A model generated the notes under the pieces. The model was given only the letters and a program-made list of their open reading frames with translations. It was not told where the DNA came from and made no database searches. Below, piece by piece: positions 1 through 6,580 of a DNA stretch of 32,000 bases. Numbering within the stretch: position 1 is the stretch's first letter; every line of letters begins with the position of its first letter. This stretch comes from Chlamydiota bacterium (GTDB taxonomy: Bacteria; Auribacterota; JACPWU01). Both the position numbers and the translations under genes were made by a program. Where the stretch lies: contig JACPWU010000009.1 of assembly GCA_016196885.1 (NCBI GenBank), positions 1 through 32,000 on the forward strand, read 5' to 3'.

Positions 1-139
1 CTCCCATATAAAATTGCACGCCTTTTGATCTCTGATTTCACTTTTCTGTGCAATTCTACCACGCCCAATTCTATTCTTCTCTCCTTTTCTCCTTGTTTTA
101 TGCTGGTTTCGCCCTTTTGTCCCTTTTATCAGCAGACCC

Positions 140-376
140 TATCTATATGAATACGCAAACGATATTATCCCCATTGAAGTCAAAAGTGGTAAAAGTGGAA
201 CCTTGCGGAGTTTGCATCTCTTTTTAGCGGTCCATCCGGAGGCTCGTTATGGGATTCGATTTTCGTCTCATCCCTACTCCATCATTGATAAAATTGATTC
301 CAGACCCCTTTATGCAGTCGCTTCTTTGGCGCACGAAGATCAACGGGATAATTTACGAGCCCTGGCTAAACAATAA
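140..376 (+). pseudogene. C-terminal remnant of a DUF4143-type AAA ATPase (N-terminal ~300 aa missing)
   Basis: Frame 2 reads ...SRPYLYEYANDIIPIEVKSGKSGTLRSLHLFLAVHPEARYGIRFSSHPYSIIDKIDSRPLYAVASLAHEDQRDNLRALAKQ*. IPIEVKSG is the E-x-K part of the PD-(D/E)xK-like C-terminal module of AAA_14/DUF4143 ATPases. There is an in-frame TGA at 26-28, no P-loop region, and no start codon that gives a full-length product. Confidence 0.5.
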
Positions 377-377
377 A

Positions 378-515
378 CTTCAGATAATTCTCTATTATTC
401 AGAAGAACAATTGCACAAGGTATATCCCGAGATTGACGCTTTCTTTGCAACAAAAGAGAAATATGATCCGTCAGAGATTTTTGTGAATAAGTGGTATGAG
501 AAATACGCAAAATGA
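378..515 (+). pseudogene. possible C-terminal stump of an FAD-linked oxidase-type gene (tail of the 88-aa ORF 249..515)
   Basis: The tail LQIILYYSEEQLHKVYPEIDAFFATKEKYDPSEIFVNKWYEKYAK fits the YP....F......DP...F.N pattern at the extreme C-terminus of FAD-linked oxidases. The first 43 codons of the ORF overlap the ATPase stump in another frame and are unlikely to be coding. Confidence 0.25.
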
Positions 516-583
516 TTTTTTTATAATAAAATCCTTGCTTTTTTGTTTTTTTTGCTTCACACTGGAATCATAGATTTTTAGCG

Positions 584-767
584 AAATACCCTGCTATGTG
601 CGTAGGGAAGACAGATCTTTTAGCCAACAGCGACTAAAAAGGGAGCACTTCCTGGGTGATGGCTGGCAAGCCCGTAAGGGAAGCTAAAAGTCGTTCATAG
701 TGCGCCCACCTGATGAGGATAGCTCGCAAAAGATGTCTTTTCCACGGCAAGTGCGGGGTATTTTTTT
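584..767 (+). ncRNA. ssrS: structured ~185-nt RNA, 6S RNA-like
   Basis: The ends pair (aaataccctgc / gcggggtattt) and continue into a long irregular helix (gggaagacagatctttt / aaaagatgtcttttcc). Apical hairpins are cttcc...ggaag and ggct-ggca-agcc. There is an asymmetric internal loop on the 3' side, a T7 tract at 761-767, and no ORF. A 5-formyl-THF cyclo-ligase gene lies downstream, as in the classical ssrS-ygfA linkage. Confidence 0.45.
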
Positions 768-828
768 AAGGCAGAATTCAGAAGGCAGAATTCAGAAATC
801 AGAACAATAAGGATGTTATTTATTTTTT

Positions 829-948
829 AGGCATATGCACTTGACTCAAGTGTCGTCCATATGTAGTCGCCCCATTTATGGGGCCATGTATGGACTGCCC
901 GATAAATCGGGCGACTACGTTTGACGGTTGAGTCAAGTGCATAGGCCT
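829..948. repeat. 21-bp inverted repeats (20/21) forming a MITE-like shell around the REP doublet
   Basis: aggcatatgcacttgactcaa (829-849) versus ttgagtcaagtgcataggcct (928-948); the reverse complement differs at one position. Confidence 0.7.
863..918. repeat. REP doublet (REPIN-like), copy 1
   Basis: Two inverted 22-nt units, GTAGTCGCCCCATTTATGGGGC (863-884) and GCCCGATAAATCGGGCGACTAC (897-918), with a 12-nt spacer. Each unit is GTAG plus its own 5-bp/6-nt-loop hairpin. It is identical to the halves at 5905-5976. Confidence 0.75.
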
Positions 949-989
949 ATTATTTTTTATTCTGAATTCTGAGTTCTGGATTCTGTTTT

Positions 990-2342
990 ATGCAAACTCC
1001 TGATTTGTTCATACAAGAAGACCGCAAACCTTTCAAAATTTCTCATGATATGCCCTTGGCTTCTCGCATGAGACCTCGGAGGCTTGAGGAGTTTGTGGGG
1101 CAGGCCCATTTGATGGGGAAGGGAGAGGTTCTCGAGCGTCTCATTCATCAAGATGCCTTTGGCTCATTTATTTTTTACGGCCCTCCTGGAACGGGAAAAA
1201 CCACGCTGGCCCATTTGATTGCCCAAGTGTCACATCGTCGTTTCATACCCTTAAGTGCTGTCACTTCGAATGTGACGGATCTTCGCCGGGCCCTTGAGGA
1301 GGCCCGCAAATTCTTGAGTCGCGGGGAAAGAACGATTTTGTTTGTGGATGAGATCCATCGTTTTAACAAGGCCCAGCAGGATGTTTTGCTTCCTCACATT
1401 GAAAATGGAACCGTCGCTTTTATGGGAGCCACCACGCACAATCCTTTTTTCTCGATTGTGGCTCCCTTGGTGTCGCGCTCTCAGGTGTATCGGCTCAAGT
1501 CTCTCACCGTAGAAGAGGTTCGGAAAATCCTAGAAGCGGCTTTGAAGGATGAGGCGAGAGGCTTGGGGAAAAAGGGTTTGAAATTAGAGGAAGGTGTTCT
1601 GGAATATTTAGCCCATTTTTCTGAAGGCGATGCGCGACGGGCCTTGAATCTTTTAGAGATGTTGGATCAAATGCAATCCTCTGAATCAAAGGGACAGCCT
1701 CTTTCTAAAGAAATGGTTCTGAAACTGGTTCAAGAAAAACCCGTTCATTATGACTGGGATGAGGATGAACATTACGATACGATTTCGGCCTTTATCAAGA
1801 GTGTTCGGGGATCCGATCCGGACGCGGCGCTTTATTGGCTGGCCAAGATGCTGGAAGGGGGAGAGGATATTCTTTTTATTGCCAGGAGGCTTGTGATCTT
1901 GGCGAGTGAGGACATTGGGAATGCGGATCCTCAAGGACTGACCTTGGCAACTTCCTGTTTAAGAGCCGTGCAATTCATTGGACTTCCAGAGGCCAGAATT
2001 CCCTTGGCTCAGGCGACGGTGTATCTTGCCTGTGCCCCCAAAAGCAATGCGGCGTATCTTGCGATTGACAAGGCGCTAGAGGCCGTGCGGGAAAATAGGG
2101 TTCAGAAAGTGCCAGCGCATTTGAAAAATGTGAAGGCTCCAGATGAAAAGGGCTTCTCCTATCAATATTCGCATGATTTTGAAGGACATTTTGTGGAGCA
2201 GGATTATCTGGAAAGGCCACAAAATTTTCTTCAGTTGTCCGACAACGGTTACGAGCTTGAAATGGCAAAGAGGTTAAACGCATGGCGGAAGTATCCAAAG
2301 AAAACATTCGAAAAACCTTTCTCGAAGCCCGAAAAAATTTAA
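990..2342 (+). CDS. rarA: replication-associated recombination protein A (RarA/MgsA AAA ATPase)
   Basis: 450-aa ORF. N-terminal PLA.RMRP..L.EFVGQ.HL, Walker A GPPGTGKTTLA, VDEIHRFNKAQQD, and a C-terminal YDTISAFIKSVRGSDPDAALYWL block typical of RarA. Confidence 0.95.
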   Translation: MQTPDLFIQEDRKPFKISHDMPLASRMRPRRLEEFVGQAHLMGKGEVLERLIHQDAFGSFIFYGPPGTGKTTLAHLIAQVSHRRFIPLSAVTSNVTDLRRALEEARKFLSRGERTILFVDEIHRFNKAQQDVLLPHIENGTVAFMGATTHNPFFSIVAPLVSRSQVYRLKSLTVEEVRKILEAALKDEARGLGKKGLKLEEGVLEYLAHFSEGDARRALNLLEMLDQMQSSESKGQPLSKEMVLKLVQEKPVHYDWDEDEHYDTISAFIKSVRGSDPDAALYWLAKMLEGGEDILFIARRLVILASEDIGNADPQGLTLATSCLRAVQFIGLPEARIPLAQATVYLACAPKSNAAYLAIDKALEAVRENRVQKVPAHLKNVKAPDEKGFSYQYSHDFEGHFVEQDYLERPQNFLQLSDNGYELEMAKRLNAWRKYPKKTFEKPFSKPEKI

Positions 2343-2878
2343 GTGAAGATGAAAGGCGTTTTAAAAATCTCGCCATTCAGGAGCGATTTTTATCTTTGGA
2401 AATTTATCGAGCGGCGAAGAAGATTTTTTTTTATTGTTCCAAGTCAAGTGAGGTGGATACGCTTGTCTTAATTCAGGAGGCCTTGAAGGCGGGTAAAAAG
2501 GTAGCGCTTCCCCTTTGCCTCTCGAACGATCTTTTAGAGGCTCGATACATTGAGGATTTAGAAAGGGATTGTGAACGGGGCAATTTTGGCATCTTAAGCC
2601 CCAAGAAAAGCACTTTGAAAGCAGTGAAAGATGAGCTAGAGTGTTGGGTGATACCGGGGATCGCCTTCGATTTATCGGGGAATCGCCTGGGTTGGGGGAG
2701 GGGTTTTTTTGACCGATATTTGGCGGATTTGAAGCCGTCTCAGAAGAAAATCGCCTTGGTCTATGAAGTGCAGATTGCTCCGGCTCTCCCCGTGGATCTT
2801 CATGATGTCAAGATGGATGTGTTGGTGACAGAAAAAAGGGAAGTTTTTTTTAATCCAAAATCCAAAATCCAAAATTGA
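2282..2878 (+). CDS. 5-formyltetrahydrofolate cyclo-ligase
   Basis: 198-aa ORF. N-terminal K..IR....L..R..LS..ER pattern and the GWGRGFFDRYL motif. It overlaps rarA by 61 nt, and its last 8 codons are encoded by a tandem heptad repeat. Confidence 0.9.
   Translation: MAEVSKENIRKTFLEARKNLSEDERRFKNLAIQERFLSLEIYRAAKKIFFYCSKSSEVDTLVLIQEALKAGKKVALPLCLSNDLLEARYIEDLERDCERGNFGILSPKKSTLKAVKDELECWVIPGIAFDLSGNRLGWGRGFFDRYLADLKPSQKKIALVYEVQIAPALPVDLHDVKMDVLVTEKREVFFNPKSKIQN
2854..2874. repeat. tandem heptad (tccaaaa)x3 with no inverted partner
   Basis: Direct reading: tccaaaa tccaaaa tccaaaa, immediately before stop 2876-2878 and one nt before the rny ATG at 2880. Confidence 0.85.
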
Positions 2879-2879
2879 A

Positions 2880-4457
2880 ATGAGTGTATCTGAAATTTTA
2901 AAGAATCATTTGCCATGGGCGTTCTTGCTGACCTTGACGTCGGGCCTCTGGCTGGGCTATGCCTTGCGCTCATGGTTAGGGAGGTTGCGTCGAGGGAAGG
3001 CAGAAAAGGCGGCGGAGGAAATTCTTCAGGAGGCGGCTCTTCAGGCTCAGACCAGGCGCAAAGAGGCGGAGGTTGCGGCGAAGGAAGAATTTTTTAAGGC
3101 GAGGTCAGAGTTTGAGAAAGAGACGAAGGAACGGCGCCAAGAGATTTCGAATTTAGAAAAACGGGTGATCCAAAAAGAGGAAATGCTGGAGAAGAAATTA
3201 GAAGGCCTTGATCGAAAGGAAAATGATTTTCGTGCCAAAGAAAAATCTTTGAAAACGAAAGATGAAGAAATCGAGGCGAAGAAAAAAGAGTGGGAGGCCC
3301 TGATCGAAAAAGAGGGACTGCAGTTGCAGGACTTATCAGGCCTTTCTCGAGACGAGGCCCGTCACCAACTGCTTTCCAAGATCCAAGAGGAAGTTCAACA
3401 TGAAGCTGCCCTCGCCATTCGTCAGGCCGAAGCCCGCCTCCAGGAAGAAGTGGATCGGAAGGCCGGGTGGATGATTGTGAATGCCATGCAGCGCTGCGTG
3501 ATGGAGCATACCCAAGAGGCGACGGTAACGACGGTGTCTTTACCCAATGATGACATGAAGGGGAAAATTATTGGCCGCGATGGGCGCAACATTCGCACGT
3601 TTGAAGCTGCGACGGGCGTGGATTTAACCATTGATGATACGCCCGAGACCGTGGTGATTTCAGCTTTTGACATGGTGCGCCGCGAGATTGCACGTCTTTC
3701 TTTGGAGCAATTGATTCGAGATGGCCGTATTCATCCCGCCCGTATTGAAGAGGTGGTGGCCAAAGTAAAAAAAGAAATTGAAGAGACGATTCGGCAAGCA
3801 GGCGAGAAGGCGGTTTTTGAATTAGGGCTTACCGCTCTTCATCCTGAAGTCGTGAAGCTGGTCGGGCGTCTCAAATATCGAACGAGTTATGGTCAAAATG
3901 TGTTGGATCATTCGAAAGAGGTGGCCTGGCTGATGGGGGTGATGGCCTCTGAGATGGGAATGGATGTGAAGCTTGCCAGACGTGCGGGGCTTCTGCATGA
4001 CATTGGAAAGGCACTCAGCCATGAGGAGGAGGGGAGCCACGCCCTGATTGGGGGAGATTTGGCCCGTAAATATGGAGAGTCACCAGAGGTGATTGCAGGC
4101 ATTGCCGAGCATCATGGTGAGACGGAAGAGCAGACGGTGTGGGGGATTTTCACCCAGGTGGCGGACGCGATTTCTGCCGGGCGGCCGGGGGCAAGGTCTG
4201 ACACCGTTGGCAATTATTTGCAGCGATTGAATCAATTGGAGGAAATTGCAAATTCATTTCCGGGCGTGGAAAAAACTTATGCAATTCAAGCGGGTCGAGA
4301 ACTGCGCGTGATGGTGAAGCCTGGTGAAGTGAATGATGATGCGGCGCTTCTTCTCTCGAGAAATATCGCGCAAAAAATTCAGGGTTCTCTCCAATATCCG
4401 GGGGTGGTGAAAGTCACGGTCATTCGCGAAACACGAGCCGTTGAATTTGCGAGATAA
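2880..4457 (+). CDS. rny: ribonuclease Y
   Basis: 525 aa. N-terminal TM helix, long charged coiled coil, KH domain (GKIIGRDGRNIRTFEAATGVD), and HD domain (LLHDIGKA ... AEHHGE). Confidence 0.96.
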   Translation: MSVSEILKNHLPWAFLLTLTSGLWLGYALRSWLGRLRRGKAEKAAEEILQEAALQAQTRRKEAEVAAKEEFFKARSEFEKETKERRQEISNLEKRVIQKEEMLEKKLEGLDRKENDFRAKEKSLKTKDEEIEAKKKEWEALIEKEGLQLQDLSGLSRDEARHQLLSKIQEEVQHEAALAIRQAEARLQEEVDRKAGWMIVNAMQRCVMEHTQEATVTTVSLPNDDMKGKIIGRDGRNIRTFEAATGVDLTIDDTPETVVISAFDMVRREIARLSLEQLIRDGRIHPARIEEVVAKVKKEIEETIRQAGEKAVFELGLTALHPEVVKLVGRLKYRTSYGQNVLDHSKEVAWLMGVMASEMGMDVKLARRAGLLHDIGKALSHEEEGSHALIGGDLARKYGESPEVIAGIAEHHGETEEQTVWGIFTQVADAISAGRPGARSDTVGNYLQRLNQLEEIANSFPGVEKTYAIQAGRELRVMVKPGEVNDDAALLLSRNIAQKIQGSLQYPGVVKVTVIRETRAVEFAR

Positions 4458-4461
4458 AACA

Positions 4462-4556
4462 AGTTCAAAAGTTCAAAGGTTCAACGAAGGTTTAAAGGTT
4501 TAAAAGTTCAAAGGACTTCCCTCTTTTGAACCTTTGAACTTTTAAACCTTTAAACC
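4462..4556. terminator. octad-periodic hairpin (GTTYAAAR units) with a perfect 26-bp stem; putative terminator/processing site after rny
   Basis: 4489-4514 (ggtttaaaggtttaaaagttcaaagg) is the exact reverse complement of 4531-4556. The loop is 16 nt. Three more direct octads lie upstream (4462-4488), and the stem is followed by tgcttttct and ATG 4566. Confidence 0.7.
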
Positions 4557-4565
4557 TGCTTTTCT

Positions 4566-5783
4566 ATGCTAACACAAGAAAAAGTGAAAGTTTATACCGT
4601 CACCGAGCTGACTCGCGAGGTAAAGGCTGCTGTCGAAGGGACTTTCCCTTCTCTTTATGTGGAGGGAGAAGTGTCCAATGTCAAGATGCCCAGTTCCGGG
4701 CATCTTTATTTTACGCTCAAGGATGCCACATCCCAAATTCAGGCCGTGTTTTTTGCCTTTCGCTCGAAGGGGGTTTCTTTCACGCTTCAAGATGGGATGA
4801 AGGTGGTGCTGTTTGGATTTCTCACCGTTTATGAGAAGGGGGGAAATTATCAAATCAATGTGAAAAGGATGGAGCCTGCAGGAATGGGTGCCTTGCAGCT
4901 CGCCTTCGAGCAATTGAAGAAAAAGCTTTTGCAGGAAGGACTTTTTGATGCCAAACGCAAGCGCCCTATTCCCTGGGTCCCTTCAAAAATTGGAATTATC
5001 ACAAGTCCGACCGGCGCCGCTTTTCGAGATATTTTAAATGTGCTAGACCGACGGTTTTCAAATGTGCATCTTATCTTGGCTCCGACCTTGGTTCAAGGAG
5101 ATGGAGCGCCGTCGCAAATTGTGAGGGCGCTGGATTTGCTCAATGAAATGGACGAAGTGGACGTCATCATTGTCACGCGGGGCGGGGGGAGTCTGGAAGA
5201 TTTATGGGCTTTTAATGATGAAGGGGTGGCCAGGGCTATTTTTCAGTCTCGTATTGCGGTCATTTCTGCTGTGGGCCATGAAATTGATTGGACCATCGCC
5301 GATTTTGTTGCAGATTTAAGAGTGCCAACGCCGACTGCCGCCGCGGAACTTGTGATTACGAAGAAGTCAGATCTTTTGGAGACGCTCGTTCAGGCCAAAA
5401 AGAAAATGGTTCTTTTACTTTCGAATCGTGTGGGCTTTTTAAAGAAGGTCGTGGAAGGTTTTACCCAGCATCCTGTTTTTAAACGTCCTGGGGCCCGTCT
5501 AGAAATGTTATCTCAATCTCTGGATTTGGCGTTTGAACGATGCTCTCGGCAATTGATTCATCTTTTGGAGAGAAAGAAAGCGGCGCTTAAAACGCTCTCT
5601 ACGGGTTTGGATGCGCTCAGCCCTTTGGCTGTTTTAGGTCGGGGTTACAGCCTGACACGGATTTTGAAAACGCAGGCCATTCTTAAGAATGTGACACAAC
5701 TTAAAGTTGGAGAAGAAGTTGAGACTTTTCTTTCTAAAGGGAGTGTGGTGTCAGTTGTAAAGGACTTGAAAGTTACTCCATAG
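4566..5783 (+). CDS. xseA: exodeoxyribonuclease VII large subunit
   Basis: 405 aa. OB-fold N-terminus (VEGEVSNVK..SGHLYFTLKD) and core TRGGGSLEDLWAFNDE. Confidence 0.95.
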   Translation: MLTQEKVKVYTVTELTREVKAAVEGTFPSLYVEGEVSNVKMPSSGHLYFTLKDATSQIQAVFFAFRSKGVSFTLQDGMKVVLFGFLTVYEKGGNYQINVKRMEPAGMGALQLAFEQLKKKLLQEGLFDAKRKRPIPWVPSKIGIITSPTGAAFRDILNVLDRRFSNVHLILAPTLVQGDGAPSQIVRALDLLNEMDEVDVIIVTRGGGSLEDLWAFNDEGVARAIFQSRIAVISAVGHEIDWTIADFVADLRVPTPTAAAELVITKKSDLLETLVQAKKKMVLLLSNRVGFLKKVVEGFTQHPVFKRPGARLEMLSQSLDLAFERCSRQLIHLLERKKAALKTLSTGLDALSPLAVLGRGYSLTRILKTQAILKNVTQLKVGEEVETFLSKGSVVSVVKDLKVTP

Positions 5784-5904
5784 GTTTAGTAAAATTGCGG
5801 GGTTGTGTTCAACTGTGAAAAATGAGGTAACTCCCCCAACCCCTCTTGCTATGAAACATTCATGCCGACTGAGGTCGGCACAAAGGGGGATGAAAATCAC
5901 CCTT

Positions 5905-5976
5905 GTAGTCGCCCCATTTATGGGGCGGTCTATGACATTGGGGCATTGGGCATTGCCCGATAAATCGGGCGACTAC
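5905..5976. repeat. REP doublet (REPIN-like), copy 2
   Basis: The same two 22-nt GTAG-headed units as at 863-918 (5905-5926 and 5955-5976, both 22/22 identical) with a 28-nt spacer. Flanking ctt/aag extends the pairing. Confidence 0.75.
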
Positions 5977-6197
5977 AAGTCATCATGAGTCATTGTATAA
6001 GAACGGGTGGGGCTTTTATTGCATACGATGACCCCCAACAGGGTCATTGAAATGAAAAAATAAGAGGGGAGCTCCCTTTGTGTGATAGAAGGGTTTTTAG
6101 CCCTCCCCTTATTTCAAGCCCTTACAAGATTTTATAGTCCCCGCGGGATAGTCCCTGTGGGAAAGGGGAGTTGGAGGGGTTATGGTTGGAGGGAAAA

Positions 6198-6476
6198 ATG
6201 AAACAAAATTCAGGTTCTTTTGAAGAGGCCATGAAAAAATTAGAGGGGATTGTAGGCTTTCTTGAAAATGATGAGGTGAGCCTCGATGAGGCCTTAAAAA
6301 AATATGAAGACGGGGTCAAGCTCGTTCGATTCTGCACAAAAAAATTAGAAGAGGCAGAGAAGAAAATAGAGGTTTTAACGCGAGATGAAGAAGGAAAAGT
6401 GGTGAAGAAGCCTTTTATGGAAAAGAATGTTCGCGCTTCCAATAAGGGAGATGTTGAAGAGAGTTTGTTATTTTAA
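6198..6476 (+). CDS. xseB: exodeoxyribonuclease VII small subunit
   Basis: SFEEAMKKLEGIVGFLENDEVSLDEALKKYEDGVKLVRFC matches the XseB family. ATG 6198 is preceded by ggaggg. The ORF-track start 6171 is an upstream in-frame alternative. Confidence 0.9.
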   Translation: MKQNSGSFEEAMKKLEGIVGFLENDEVSLDEALKKYEDGVKLVRFCTKKLEEAEKKIEVLTRDEEGKVVKKPFMEKNVRASNKGDVEESLLF

Positions 6477-6490
6477 TCACAATTTAAAAA

Positions 6491-6562
6491 ATTTCCAATT
6501 TCCAATTAGACATTGCATCATTGGCGATTAATTTGTCATTGGTTATGGGTCATTTGTCATTA
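6491..6562. repeat. degenerate heptad-periodic inverted repeat (TTTCCAA / TGTCATT words) between xseB and dxs
   Basis: tttccaa tttccaa ttagaca ... tgtcatt ggttatg ggtcatt tgtcatt. ccaattagacatt (6502-6514) pairs 10/13 with aatttgtcattgg (6530-6542). It shares 12-nt words with the folC/rnc element. Confidence 0.5.
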
Positions 6563-6580
6563 GAGCGAAGGAGTTTTATC

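Larger units (their letters stand above)
770..985. repeat. heptad-periodic hairpin (NNCAGAA x5 / RTTCTGR x4) whose loop holds two further nested palindromes
   Basis: The left arm 770-805 (ggcagaattcagaaggcagaattcagaaatcagaac) is the inverted repeat of the right arm 959-985 (attctgaattctgagttctggattctg), about 23/27 complementary. The right arm is followed by tttt and then ATG 990. Confidence 0.8.

Noticed and set aside
1-68. Possible minus-strand gene start (TTG at 68, aaggagaaaaggagag upstream at 81-96) running off the left edge (LGVVELHRKVKSEIKRRAILYG..).
   Set aside because: Only 22 codons are visible, the start is non-ATG, and there is no recognisable motif. That is not enough evidence to call a CDS.
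249-377. N-terminal 43 codons of the 88-aa ORF 249..515.
   Set aside because: This part overlaps, in another frame, the clearly homologous DUF4143 ATPase stump. Only the tail after 377 looks like former coding sequence.
2282-2342. The 61-nt rarA / cyclo-ligase overlap looked like a possible frameshift or fused gene.
   Set aside because: Both the RarA C-terminus and the cyclo-ligase N-terminus (K..IR....R..LS..ER) read as complete, normal proteins. I treat it as a genuine overlap.
5803-5988. 61-aa ORF in the xseA-xseB spacer.
   Set aside because: It is translated straight through the REP doublet and other hairpins, has no SD, and is repeat-derived sequence.
6521-6580. Upstream TTG start of the dxs ORF.
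   Set aside because: It would translate the periodic hairpin. GTG 6581 has a well-spaced aaggag and gives a canonical Dxs N-terminus.
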